NCBI GenBank assembly: GCA_944362545.1
Contig: CALVTJ010000002.1
Location: forward strand, 36,134 to 100,133
DNA from: an uncultured Clostridia bacterium
Lineage (GTDB): Bacteria > Bacillota > Clostridia > Christensenellales > UBA1242
DNA length: 64,000 nt
Reading direction: 5' to 3'
Shown here: piece after piece, positions 40,149 to 50,135 of the stretch
Numbering within the stretch: position 1 is the first letter of the stretch
Layout: the number at the start of each line of letters is the position of its first letter
Notes under the pieces: model-generated
What the model saw: the letters and a program-made list of their open reading frames with translations, nothing else
What the model was told of the DNA's origin: nothing
Databases searched by the model: none
Made by a program: the position numbers and the translations under genes

Positions 40149-40248
40149 AGGCTTTCCTTTGCGCAAAAAATCGCTTTTATTTTTGTTTTTATTACGGTAA
40201 AAAATTGCAAAATGTTCAAAAATTTGAATAGGTGATGCAATTTTTTGA

Positions 40249-40974
40249 TTATTTTTCTTCTCTTTGTCGCAAAATCTCATAAATCACAATCGCGGTTGCA
40301 ACAGAGGCGTTGAGAGAATTTACACTGCCATAAAGTGGCAGGGTGACAATGCCATCACAATAGGTGCGAATGGACTGCTTGACACCATTTCCTTCGCTTC
40401 CAACCACAATGCCAACAGGCCCGGTCAGATTTTGTTTGTAGATGTTCTCTCCACCGGTTTCGGCAACATAAATCCAAAGTCCTTCCTCTTTGAGTTTGTC
40501 AATTGCCTCTTTGAGATTTGTCACGCGTGCAATGCGCATGTTTGAAATTGCACCGGCGCTTGTGCGCACAACTGTTTCATTGACTTGGCAGGCACGCATT
40601 TTTGGAATGATGATTCCATCCACTCCGGCACATTCGCAAGTTCTTATGATTGCACCAAAGTTGTGCGGGTCCTCAATGCCATCCAAAAGCACAACAAAGG
40701 CATCATGATTGTTTGCTTTTGCGTGAGCCAAAATGTCATCAATGTCGCAATACTGAAAATCCACCGTTTCGGCGATGTAGCCTTGATGATGCCCTGTTTC
40801 GCTCATGTTGTCCATAACCTTTTTTGGCAAAAATTCGATTTTCAGTTTGCTACGCTTTGCAAGTGAGATGATTTCATCTTTGCGAGTGATATAATTTTTG
40901 TCAATGATAAGTTTGTTTATGGTCACATTATTTTTGAGTGCTTCCAAAACCTGATTTCTTCCTTCAATTTTCAT
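40249..40974 (-). CDS. rlmB: 23S rRNA (guanosine-2'-O-)-methyltransferase RlmB (SpoU/TrmH family)
   Basis: SpoU motifs LDGIEDPHNFGAIIRT, VVGSEGNGV and IPLYGSVNSLNASVA. Overlaps mrnC by 4 nt. Confidence 0.9.
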   Translation of the reverse strand: MKIEGRNQVLEALKNNVTINKLIIDKNYITRKDEIISLAKRSKLKIEFLPKKVMDNMSETGHHQGYIAETVDFQYCDIDDILAHAKANNHDAFVVLLDGIEDPHNFGAIIRTCECAGVDGIIIPKMRACQVNETVVRTSAGAISNMRIARVTNLKEAIDKLKEEGLWIYVAETGGENIYKQNLTGPVGIVVGSEGNGVKQSIRTYCDGIVTLPLYGSVNSLNASVATAIVIYEILRQREEK

Positions 40975-41357
40975 CTTTCTTCTCCATTTTCTCTCATTGA
41001 AAGTGACAAAATTTCTTGCAGTCTGTCAAATTTTTTGTGAAGATACAAAAATCCAACAAGTGCTTCAAATGCGGTGGCCTTTTTGTAGGTTTCTTCATCA
41101 AAGTTTTTGGCGGAATGTTTGTTGTGGCTGTTGCGCGCACGTCTGACAACATCCGCTTCTTCTTGACTTAAATCTGCTTGCAGTTTTTCCAAGGTTTGCA
41201 TCTGTCTTTTTGCATTGCAAAACTTTTTTGCAATGTTATGATAGTTGTTTATTTTGTTGATTTGCCCTTCTAGCACTTTTTCTCTGACATAGGTGGTGTG
41301 AATGGCATCGCCTAAAAATGCCAGAGCAAGCGGGGACAATTGGTCAATTTTTTCCAT
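40971..41357 (-). CDS. mrnC: Mini-ribonuclease 3
   Basis: LALAFLGDAIHTTYVREKVL and AFEALVGFLYL. Size is 128 aa and it sits upstream of rlmB. Confidence 0.88.
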   Translation of the reverse strand: MEKIDQLSPLALAFLGDAIHTTYVREKVLEGQINKINNYHNIAKKFCNAKRQMQTLEKLQADLSQEEADVVRRARNSHNKHSAKNFDEETYKKATAFEALVGFLYLHKKFDRLQEILSLSMRENGEER

Positions 41358-41384
41358 AATTTTCCTTTCTTTGTTTTGAAGAGA

Positions 41385-42479
41385 TTAGTTGTTAAAGCGG
41401 AACAAAACCACATCGCCATCTTGCACGACATAATCTTTTCCTTCCATGCGAACCTTTCCCTTTTCTTTGGCTTTGAGAAAACTTCCTGCTTCGACAAGGT
41501 CATTGAAACTTACCACTTCTGCCTTGATGAAACCTTTTTCAAAGTCGGAGTGAATTTTTCCGGCAGCCTCGGGTGCTTTCGTGCCTTTTGTGATAGTCCA
41601 AGCACGCACTTCCTTTTCGCCGGCGGTCAAATAACTTTGCAGTCCCAAAAGGTCATAACTTGCTACAACAAGTTTTTCAAGTCCACTCTCTTCAATGCCG
41701 AGTTCTTTTTTAAACTCTTCTTTTTCATCTTTGTCAAGGCCGACAAGTTCTTCTTCAATCTTTGCGCAAAGCACGACAACTTTTGCTCCTTCTTCTTCGG
41801 CAATTTCTTTGACCTGCTTGACATAATCACAGTCAGGTTTTCCAAGGTCATCTTCGCCGATGTTTGCCACATAAATGACAGGTTTTGCGGTCAAAAGTGA
41901 AAAGTTTTTGAGAAGTTTTTTCTCTTCATCTGAATACTGCAAAATTCTTGCCTGTTTTCCAACTTCCAACGCTTCTTTAATGCGGGTGAGCATATTGACA
42001 GTCAAAAGCAACGATTTGTCTCCGGTTGTTTTGACAAGTTTGGCATTTTTCTCCAAAATTTTGTTGACTTGTTCAAGGTCAGCAAGGGCGAGTTCCATTT
42101 CAATGGTTTCAATGTCACGCTTTGGGTTTACACTTCCGCTGACATGGATGATTTTGTCATTGTCAAAACATCTCACAACATGCACAATAGCATCCACTTC
42201 ACGAATGTGACTTAAAAATTTGTTCCCAAGTCCTTCGCCATGACTTGCTCCAGCCACAAGTCCGGCAATATCGACAAATTCAATGCTTGCAGGTGTGATT
42301 TTTTGTGTGTGATACATCTGTCCAAGCACCTGCAATCTCTTGTCCGGAACATCGACAATGCCGATGTTTGGCTCGATGGTGCAAAAAGGATAGTTGGCAC
42401 TTTCTGCGCCAGCCTCTGTGATTGCATTAAAAAGTGAACTTTTGCCAACATTTGGCAATCCTACTACTCCGATTTTCAT
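41385..42479 (-). CDS. ychF: Ribosome-binding ATPase YchF
   Basis: [25 protein letters not shown] motif, and the C-terminal TGS-like region [31 protein letters not shown]. Confidence 0.96.
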   Translation of the reverse strand: MKIGVVGLPNVGKSSLFNAITEAGAESANYPFCTIEPNIGIVDVPDKRLQVLGQMYHTQKITPASIEFVDIAGLVAGASHGEGLGNKFLSHIREVDAIVHVVRCFDNDKIIHVSGSVNPKRDIETIEMELALADLEQVNKILEKNAKLVKTTGDKSLLLTVNMLTRIKEALEVGKQARILQYSDEEKKLLKNFSLLTAKPVIYVANIGEDDLGKPDCDYVKQVKEIAEEEGAKVVVLCAKIEEELVGLDKDEKEEFKKELGIEESGLEKLVVASYDLLGLQSYLTAGEKEVRAWTITKGTKAPEAAGKIHSDFEKGFIKAEVVSFNDLVEAGSFLKAKEKGKVRMEGKDYVVQDGDVVLFRFNN

Positions 42480-42551
42480 TTCTATTTCTCCATTATAACA
42501 ATTTTGAAGAGATGATGTTGCTCATCTCTCCAAAGTTTTGATTTTAGTTTT

Positions 42552-45500
42552 TTACAAAGACCTTCCTTCATCGCCTTTTGCTTTGGTTTCTGAAGGTGTT
42601 TTTTTAGGTTGGTAAGTCAAGGTTTTTTCTTGCTCTTCTTGTTTTTCAGGTGGCAGAGTGTAATTGTTGGTTTCGATTATTGGTGTTTCTGATTTGGTTT
42701 TTTTCAGCATGTCAACCTTGTTTTTTGCATCTTTGATGCTGTCCTGTGCGGACTTTACTTCCAATGCTTTTGTGGTCATAACTTCTCTGGCCACTTCGCT
42801 TTTGGTTTTGAGTTCAGGAATCTTTGCTTCATCCAATTTTTCTTTCGCTATGGCAATGTCTTTTTGCAAATCCTTGACCTGTGATTGAGTTGTTGAAAGT
42901 TCACTCTGTAGGCTGAGCAAATCTTTGTTTACAGGACAGGTTTTTGAGTCTTCTGCCAAATATTCTTGAAGTTCTGCAAGTTCTTTTGTCTCTTCTTCTG
43001 ACAACTTGTCTTTGTCTTTTAGTTCTTTCACTTTGTTGATGTTTGTCTCAAGTTCTTCAAAATGTTCTTTGTAGTTTTTTTTCAGTCTTGCATCAATCTG
43101 TGAAAGGATGGACCGTTCTGCAGATGTCAGGGTTGTTTGACTTTGGATGTTTATTTTTGATTGGATGTCCTTGGCAATTTGTTCTTGCTCTTTGATGTTA
43201 TTTTCCAAATCTTTTGTTCTTTTGTCATATTTTGCTTTGTTTTCGGTCGCTTTGGAAACATTTGCTTGCAAAACATCTTTTCTGTTTTGGTTAATTTTCT
43301 GTTCGAGAAGTTTTTTGCCTGCTTCCGGTTTGATGGAATTTTTCACATGTTGAAGGTCAAATTGTGCGGTGATAACATCCTCGTTTGACTGTTGCACAAC
43401 TGTTTTGTTTGTCTGTTTGTTGTGTTTGTCTTCAAGTCTTGATTGACTTTTGTCGAGTTTTTTAACCAACTTATCTTTGTCTTTAAGCAAAAGTGTTTTG
43501 TCTTCATCAATAGCTTTCAGTTGTTGCTGAATATAGTCAATTTCTTCACTTGTGTTTTGTGCTTTTAATTCTCTGTCGAAGACCTTCTTTTTGTTTTTAT
43601 AAATCTCAATCTGTTTGTCATTTTCAGTCACTTTGTCTTGTTCGGCGTTTAACTCATCATAATGCTTGGATATTGTCTGTTGATATTCCGTTCTTTTGTA
43701 TTCAAGTTGTGTTGACAAACCAGCGACTTGGCTGTCTATTTCGCCTTTAAGTCTTGTGGCTTCATCCAACTCTTTTTGTGTTCTCTTTTTGTTATCTGTG
43801 TCGCCAAGACTGTCATATTGTGCAATTTTGCCTTGCAAATCTCTTATCTGCTGAGCCTTTTCTTCTTGTTCTGCAATTTTGTTGTCAAGGTTCTTTTTAA
43901 GTTCAACCATTTCTTTGTTCAACTTCTTGCCATTCTTCTTTACATCATATTTTGCATCTTTAATTTTGACAATATGTTCTTTTTTTACAAATTGTTGTTC
44001 TGTTATATCTCTGTCAAGACCAAATTTATTCAATTTTGTATTGCAATCGTTAATCAATTTGTTGGTTTTCATGATGCTCTTGTCGATGTTCTTCAACTTT
44101 GTTCTGCGTTGTTTGTCAGAAAGTGTGGCATCCTGTTTAATCTCTTTTCTTTTGTTCTGCAAATTCTCTAAAAGTTGCTTTGCATTGTCACGTTTGTTTT
44201 GAACAGGTGCTTCCTTTTGAGCAATTTTTTGAAGAGCAAGTTCTTTTTGTTGGTCAAGTGTCAATTTGACCTTTTTGTCATTATGTCTGCCAAACAAACT
44301 TGAAGCCTCTGTGAAGTATGGCTTAACTTCGTTTATCACAAGTCCGCCAAAACAGAGCATTGCAGGAATTGCCAAAAATGGAAGCAAGCATGACAAAACC
44401 GTGAGAAGTGCTCCAATGCCAAGCAAAGAACCGCTCAATTTGTCATTTTTCCCTTTTTTGTCTTTACCCTTATCATCCTTTTTCTTGTCTTTTTTCTTGT
44501 CATCTTTGCTGTCTTTTTTGTCTTTGCTTTCCTGTTTTTTGTCATCATTGCCATTTGATTTTGGCTCTTCGTTTGAGACAGATTGTTCTTCAGAATTTGA
44601 AGTTTCTTTTGTTGTTTCGATTGCAGATGTTTGTGTGCTGTTTTCTGTTGTTGCTTCAGTTTGTGTTGTGTCGAGTGTGGCAGAAGAGTCTCTTGTATCA
44701 TCGCCATCAGTTGTGCTGTCGGTTGCAGGTTGATTGTCAATAACGCCTGACATTTCAACAGTTTTTTCTTGTGGAGTTGGTGGTTCAACTTGTTGTTCGG
44801 TGGCCTTTTCAGTTTCAATAGTATCCGTATTGTTTTCTGGTGCAGGTGGATCTGGTGTCACAGGAGAAGGTTCTTTTGTCGTATTGTCCACGAAAGCAGA
44901 TGATTCTTTAACATCTTGATTCTCAAGCGTTTCTTGTTTTTCCATAATTTCTCTGCCGAGAATTGGCAAACTGTCATATGACACAATCTGTGCGCCAATT
45001 GTTTTTGCGCGGGAATAACTCAAAAAGGTTTCTCCGCCAACTTCTCTCTTTTTTGGTTTAGATTTTGTCTCGCTTGGCAGTTGTCTTTCAAATTCTGATT
45101 TCAAAATGTTGTTTTTGAGATTTTTGAGTGTTTCGGCGTTTTCCGCGTAGTCCATGTCAATGTTGACACGGGTGTGACTGCTACCTTCTTTAAGTCCAAG
45201 CAAAAGTGATGGGTTTTTGATTTCCTTAGTTGTGGAGTTTGGACTTTCTTCAAGTTGGGCATATTCCACTTCAAACCACTTTGGGCGCTTGATAGAATTT
45301 GATGTTTCGCCCTTGATTTGAAGCCAAACAAATGTCTTTCCATTCTTCTGTCTGAAAAGCAAATCGTGGTTTTCTTTTTCTTCGCCTTTTTGTGTGGAAA
45401 GATTTGTTTTGTAAAACTTTTCTTGTGGATTTTCTTTGCTTCCAAGTTGCAGGGTGTCGTTTTTTGATGCCTGGATGTTCATTGCCACAAGGGTGTCATA

Positions 45501-46238
45501 TGCCGAGCCTTCATTTGGCAAGTCAATTTTCTTTTGCCAAGCTGTTTTGTCTTTTTCTGCAATATTTGCAAGGTCAAGGCAGGATTTGTTTATGGCAACG
45601 TTGAATGGATGTTCGGTGTTTCTGACCACTGCGCGATGGTTTTCTTTGTCCATAACTTGCATGCCAAGTGCAGAGAAAAGCATGGCAAAATTTTCGTTTG
45701 CTGTGCGAATTTGAACATCTTCAATGTTTAGATCCTGTGACAATTTGAGTCTGTCAACTTCAAATGATTCATAATCATCATTGACACTTTCGCCGTTTGG
45801 GATGTTTACACTTGGATTTTGCGAGCGGAAAGATTGAAGAAAGTCTTTTGACATGTTGAGTTTGACAACTTTGTCATCTTCTGTGCCGGCGGTCATAAAA
45901 TAAGCAACAGGCTTTTCATTTTCGCCTGATGTGATTGCCATAAGAACGCTTTCATCCAACGCCTTTTCTTCATCTGTTTTTTCTGCGTTTTCATCAGCAT
46001 CATCAGAAAGAAGTGTGATTTTTTGTAAAGATTTAAGTCCAAGATTTTTTGTCTCTACTTCTTGACTGAAACCGTTTATTTGATGAGAGCCAATTATTAT
46101 ATGGTCCGTGACTGCCTTTTGTCCAACTCTTTTGCGAGCGACAATTTTGTCTTGTTCGAGTGAAGGAGTTTCTTCAGGAGTTTCTGTTTGTGTTGGGTCT
46201 TCTTTTTCTTCTTCTTTGATTTCGATTTCTTCTGCCAT
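42552..46238 (-). CDS. Giant protein (1228 aa): acidic globular N-terminal region, S/T/E/P- and K/D-rich spacers, TM hairpin, ~570-aa coiled coil
   Basis: GGAGG-type RBS upstream. Hydrophobic hairpin LLGIGALLTVLSCLLPFLAIPAMLCFGGLVI lies at about nt 44320-44440. The C-terminal half is heptad-like and K/E/Q-rich. No known catalytic motif. Confidence 0.65.
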   Translation of the reverse strand: MAEEIEIKEEEKEDPTQTETPEETPSLEQDKIVARKRVGQKAVTDHIIIGSHQINGFSQEVETKNLGLKSLQKITLLSDDADENAEKTDEEKALDESVLMAITSGENEKPVAYFMTAGTEDDKVVKLNMSKDFLQSFRSQNPSVNIPNGESVNDDYESFEVDRLKLSQDLNIEDVQIRTANENFAMLFSALGMQVMDKENHRAVVRNTEHPFNVAINKSCLDLANIAEKDKTAWQKKIDLPNEGSAYDTLVAMNIQASKNDTLQLGSKENPQEKFYKTNLSTQKGEEKENHDLLFRQKNGKTFVWLQIKGETSNSIKRPKWFEVEYAQLEESPNSTTKEIKNPSLLLGLKEGSSHTRVNIDMDYAENAETLKNLKNNILKSEFERQLPSETKSKPKKREVGGETFLSYSRAKTIGAQIVSYDSLPILGREIMEKQETLENQDVKESSAFVDNTTKEPSPVTPDPPAPENNTDTIETEKATEQQVEPPTPQEKTVEMSGVIDNQPATDSTTDGDDTRDSSATLDTTQTEATTENSTQTSAIETTKETSNSEEQSVSNEEPKSNGNDDKKQESKDKKDSKDDKKKDKKKDDKGKDKKGKNDKLSGSLLGIGALLTVLSCLLPFLAIPAMLCFGGLVINEVKPYFTEASSLFGRHNDKKVKLTLDQQKELALQKIAQKEAPVQNKRDNAKQLLENLQNKRKEIKQDATLSDKQRRTKLKNIDKSIMKTNKLINDCNTKLNKFGLDRDITEQQFVKKEHIVKIKDAKYDVKKNGKKLNKEMVELKKNLDNKIAEQEEKAQQIRDLQGKIAQYDSLGDTDNKKRTQKELDEATRLKGEIDSQVAGLSTQLEYKRTEYQQTISKHYDELNAEQDKVTENDKQIEIYKNKKKVFDRELKAQNTSEEIDYIQQQLKAIDEDKTLLLKDKDKLVKKLDKSQSRLEDKHNKQTNKTVVQQSNEDVITAQFDLQHVKNSIKPEAGKKLLEQKINQNRKDVLQANVSKATENKAKYDKRTKDLENNIKEQEQIAKDIQSKINIQSQTTLTSAERSILSQIDARLKKNYKEHFEELETNINKVKELKDKDKLSEEETKELAELQEYLAEDSKTCPVNKDLLSLQSELSTTQSQVKDLQKDIAIAKEKLDEAKIPELKTKSEVAREVMTTKALEVKSAQDSIKDAKNKVDMLKKTKSETPIIETNNYTLPPEKQEEQEKTLTYQPKKTPSETKAKGDEGRSL

Positions 46239-46388
46239 TTTTCCTCCTTAATATAATTTAAGTTTAACATAATATGCGGTTTTTGTCAATAAATGTAGGA
46301 GAATTGACATACAGCAATTTATTTGTTTTTTTGTAAGTTTTCTTTTGCATTATTATGGCAAAAATAATGGTGAAAAATCTTGTTTTGG

Positions 46389-46417
46389 TTGATATTTTTT
46401 GCAATTATTGTTATAAT
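46389..46417 (+). promoter_or_regulatory. Sigma-A promoter of secA
   Basis: TTGATA (46389-46394), 17-nt spacer, TATAAT (46412-46417). Confidence 0.6.
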
Positions 46418-46450
46418 GCTTGTTGAAATGCTTATTTTTAGGAGATTTTA

Positions 46451-49153
46451 ATGGGACTTTTTGGGAATGAAAACAAAGCACAAGTGAAAAAATTGAAAAA
46501 AATTGCCGACAAAGTTGTGGCATTGGAAGATAAATATAAAGCATACACCGATGAACAACTCAAGGCTTGCACTGAAGAATTTAAGAAGCGTTATCAAAAC
46601 GGTGAAACATTGATGCAACTTCTGCCAGAGGCATATGCAGTTGTGAGAGAAGCCTCTGACCGAGTTTTGAAAATGCGACATTTTTATGTGCAAATTTTGG
46701 GCGGAATTGCTCTGCACCAAGGGCGTATTGCTGAAATGGCAACAGGTGAAGGAAAGACTTTGGTTGCCACACTGCCGGCATATCTAAATGCCTTGACAGG
46801 ACTTGGTGTGCATGTTGTGACAGTCAATGAATATCTTGCCAAGCGCGATGCCGAATGGATGGGAAAAGTTTACAAATTTTTGGGTATGAGCGTTGGTGTG
46901 ATTGTTGCCGGAATGGATGAAAAGGCAAAGAGAGCAGCATACAACTGCGATATAACATATTGCACAAACAACGAACTTGGCTTTGACTATCTTCGTGACA
47001 ACATGGCAATCATGAAAGAACAACGTGTTCAGCGCGGGCACAACTTTGCCATTGTCGATGAAGTTGACTCCATTTTGATTGATGAAGCCAGAACACCGCT
47101 TATCATTTCCGGTCGTGGAATGAAGTCTAGTGACAACTATGTCAAAGCACAAAAATTTGTCAAGACCTTGAAAGCCGATGACTTTGAGATGGATGAAAAG
47201 ACCAAGGCCATAAACCTTACCGAAAGCGGAATTGCCAAGGCTGAAAGGTTTTATGGCACAGGCAATTTGTCGGATGTTGACAACATTGAAACAAATCACT
47301 ACATCAACAACGCCTTGAAGGCAAACTATGTTATGTTTAGAGATGAAAACTACATTGTCAAAGATGGCGAAGTGGTCATTGTCGATGAATTTACCGGTCG
47401 TTTGATGCCGGGGCGAAGATATAATGATGGACTTCATCAGGCAATCGAAGCCAAAGAAGGTGTGCAGATTAAGGATGAAAACAAAACCCTTGCCACAATC
47501 ACCTTCCAAAATTTCTTTAGGATTTACAAAAAACTCTCCGGCATGACAGGAACTGCCAAAACGGAAGAGGGCGAATTTAGGGCAATTTACAAACTTGATG
47601 TTGTGACAATTCCGACAAATAAGCCAAACATAAGAATTGATGAGCCGGACATTGTCTTTACCACTGAACGCGGAAAAATCAAGGCAATTGTTGAAGAAAT
47701 CAAACGTAGACACGAAATTGGACAACCAATCTTGGTCGGAACAATCACAATTGAAAAGAGTGAACTTTTGTCAAAGGCGCTTAAAGAAGCAAAAATCAAG
47801 CATTCGGTTTTGAATGCGAAAAATCATGAACTTGAAAGCCAAATTGTCGCACAGGCAGGACGAAAGGGAGCGGTGACAATCGCCACAAACATGGCAGGTC
47901 GTGGAACGGATATTTTGCTCGGCGGAAATCCGGAATTTATGGCAAAAAAGAAGATGCAGGAAGAGAATTTCACCGAGGAACAAATCTCTTATGCAACCGC
48001 TTTCAACACTGTTGATGATGAAGAACTTAACAAGGCAAGAGAAAGATACAATTCTCTTTATAACGAATTTAAACAGACCACTGATGCTGAAAAAGAAGAA
48101 GTCAAAAAGGTCGGAGGACTTCATATCATTGGCACAGAAAGACATGAGTCAAGGCGTATTGACAATCAGCTCCGCGGGCGTGCTTCGCGTCAAGGCGATC
48201 CGGGTTCCAGCGTGTTTTTCTTGTCGCTGGAAGATGACCTTATCAGGCGTTTTGGTGGAGATAGGTTGAAGAAGATTGCTCAATTTTTTAAACTTGAGGA
48301 AGACACTCCAATTCAACTCAAAATTTTGTCAAAACAGATTGAAAGTGCCCAGAAGAAGATTGAAATTCAAAACTTCTCCATGAGAAAGACTGTTTTGCAA
48401 TTTGATGATGTCATGAATGCGCAGAGAGAAGTTATCTATGGCGAACGCAACAAGGTGCTTGATGGACTTGAAGTTCATGAGCAAATCATGAAGATGTTTC
48501 CAGGGGTTATTTCCAAGTTTTGCGACAAGTGTGTGAGTGATGAAAAACCATATTTTGAATGGGATTACGCAAAGATAAATCAAGAACTTGAGCGCGGACT
48601 TTTGGAAAAAGGAAAGAACATCATAACCGAAGAATTTTGCGAAGGTTTTGACAGAAATGACTTGGAAGAAGCAGTGATTAAACTTGTGGAAAAACGCTAT
48701 AATGAGCGAATGACTGAAGCGGGCAAGTTTGGTATTGATTTTGAAAAGATTGAAAGGTTTGTGCTTTTGAAGGTTGTGGACACAAATTGGATGAACCATA
48801 TCGATGATATGCAAACCATGAAAAATGAAATTTTTGCTCGTGGCTTTGGCAATCAAGACCCAATTCTTGCTTACAAGAAAGAAGGTTATGAGATGTTTGA
48901 CAACATGATTGAAAAGATAAGAGAGACCACCTGCATTGTTTTGCTTAACACCAGCATTGAAGTAAGAAGACCAGAACCAAGACCTCAACAAGCAAAAGTG
49001 ACCGAAGCAAAGACTTATGACCCGGCCAAAAAACCAGAAGAAATAAAGAAACAAGTGACCGTGAAAAACACCACAAAAAAGGTTGGAAGAAATGACCCAT
49101 GTCCTTGTGGAAGCGGAAAGAAATACAAAAACTGTTGTGGCAAAAATGCTTAA
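46451..49153 (+). CDS. secA: Preprotein translocase ATPase SecA
   Basis: MATGEGKTLVATLPAYLNAL, DEVDSILIDEARTPLIISG, and the C-terminal zinc motif CPCGSGKKYKNCCG. Confidence 0.98.
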   Translation: MGLFGNENKAQVKKLKKIADKVVALEDKYKAYTDEQLKACTEEFKKRYQNGETLMQLLPEAYAVVREASDRVLKMRHFYVQILGGIALHQGRIAEMATGEGKTLVATLPAYLNALTGLGVHVVTVNEYLAKRDAEWMGKVYKFLGMSVGVIVAGMDEKAKRAAYNCDITYCTNNELGFDYLRDNMAIMKEQRVQRGHNFAIVDEVDSILIDEARTPLIISGRGMKSSDNYVKAQKFVKTLKADDFEMDEKTKAINLTESGIAKAERFYGTGNLSDVDNIETNHYINNALKANYVMFRDENYIVKDGEVVIVDEFTGRLMPGRRYNDGLHQAIEAKEGVQIKDENKTLATITFQNFFRIYKKLSGMTGTAKTEEGEFRAIYKLDVVTIPTNKPNIRIDEPDIVFTTERGKIKAIVEEIKRRHEIGQPILVGTITIEKSELLSKALKEAKIKHSVLNAKNHELESQIVAQAGRKGAVTIATNMAGRGTDILLGGNPEFMAKKKMQEENFTEEQISYATAFNTVDDEELNKARERYNSLYNEFKQTTDAEKEEVKKVGGLHIIGTERHESRRIDNQLRGRASRQGDPGSSVFFLSLEDDLIRRFGGDRLKKIAQFFKLEEDTPIQLKILSKQIESAQKKIEIQNFSMRKTVLQFDDVMNAQREVIYGERNKVLDGLEVHEQIMKMFPGVISKFCDKCVSDEKPYFEWDYAKINQELERGLLEKGKNIITEEFCEGFDRNDLEEAVIKLVEKRYNERMTEAGKFGIDFEKIERFVLLKVVDTNWMNHIDDMQTMKNEIFARGFGNQDPILAYKKEGYEMFDNMIEKIRETTCIVLLNTSIEVRRPEPRPQQAKVTEAKTYDPAKKPEEIKKQVTVKNTTKKVGRNDPCPCGSGKKYKNCCGKNA

Positions 49154-49344
49154 AAAATTGCGCTCGCAATGTGAATTTTTGAACATTTTGAAAAAACAAA
49201 CGAAAAAAATTAAATTTTTCGTTTGAAATTGAGTGCTAAAATCTATATAGCTTTTGAAAATAAATCTCTCGTGATTTTGAAGAAAAGCATACTCGCAAAT
49301 GAGCATGCTTTTTTGCTTTTATAGAGTGTTATTTTTGAAAAATC

Positions 49345-49560
49345 TCAATATTCCTTTCTGCCAACAAGATAGTCAAGTGAAACATCAAAAAGGTCGGCAA
49401 GTTTGACAAGATTTTTGAGACTTGGCAAAGACAGCCCAAGTTCGTAGGCTTGATATGATTGATATTTGACACCAATTTTGTCGGCAACATACTTTTGAGT
49501 ATAGCCTGACACAAGTCGCAATTCTTTTATGCGTTTCGACAAATGATATAAATTGTTCAT
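49345..49560 (-). CDS. XRE-family HTH transcriptional regulator (71 aa)
   Basis: IKELRLVSGYTQKYVADKIGVKYQSYQAYELGLSLPSLKNLVKLADLFDVSLDYLVG. Confidence 0.88.
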   Translation of the reverse strand: MNNLYHLSKRIKELRLVSGYTQKYVADKIGVKYQSYQAYELGLSLPSLKNLVKLADLFDVSLDYLVGRKEY

Positions 49561-49589
49561 TTAAAATCCCCTTTTTCATTTGACATGAT

Positions 49590-49634
49590 ACAGTTATTGA
49601 CTGTAAAATAAATAAAAATACAGTTATAAACTGT
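49590..49634. promoter_or_regulatory. Two 15-bp palindromic operators (ACAGTnnnnnACTGT) in the divergent XRE / 123-aa intergenic region
   Basis: acagttattgactgt (49590-49604) and acagttataaactgt (49620-49634) have centres 30 bp apart. They overlap TTGACA (49580-49585), 18-nt spacer, TAAAAT (49604-49609). Confidence 0.65.
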
Positions 49635-49661
49635 GTAAAACGGGCGGAAAAAGGAGAGAAT

Positions 49662-50033
49662 ATGGATGTTGAGTTGGTTTGTTGTGGATTTGGAAGGATG
49701 AAAGATGTCGAGCCTGTTAGGAAATATGTTGAAAAAATGCTCAATGGTGGAGTGTTTTTGTTGAAAATCAAAAAAGTGGTTTTGGCTGGTGAAAGTGATT
49801 TTTGCAAAATTTGCGGACATGTGGTTGAAAATTTGCAAAAACAGGGCGCAGAGCTTATTATTTCAAAGACTGCGACAAAAGAAGAGAAACATCTTTATTT
49901 TGTCGGTTGTGGGGATGATATTGATGCCGTTGAAAACAGGAGACTTCAAAAACTTTTGGCGTTGGCATGGTGTCACAGAGAGGATGTGTCACTTGCTGTG
50001 AGAGAATATTTTTTGTCGGTTCAAAACTCTTGA
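49662..50033 (+). CDS. Hypothetical Cys-rich protein (123 aa)
   Basis: AAAGGAGAG precedes the ATG. Contains CC, CxxC (FCKICGH), GCGDD and WCH. No family recognised. Confidence 0.5.
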   Translation: MDVELVCCGFGRMKDVEPVRKYVEKMLNGGVFLLKIKKVVLAGESDFCKICGHVVENLQKQGAELIISKTATKEEKHLYFVGCGDDIDAVENRRLQKLLALAWCHREDVSLAVREYFLSVQNS

Positions 50034-50038
50034 CAATT

Positions 50039-50067
50039 CTTTTATTTTATGTTATATAAATAAAGCA
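50039..50067 (+). promoter_or_regulatory. Sigma-A promoter of the rpsF-ssb-rpsR-rpmE cluster
   Basis: TTGACA (50039-50044), 17-nt spacer, TATATA (50062-50067). Confidence 0.6.
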
Positions 50068-50135
50068 GTAAAAATTTACTGTCCTTGCTTTTAAGTGCAA
50101 AACTTGAAAGCCATCAGTCCAAAAGGAGGTAAAAG

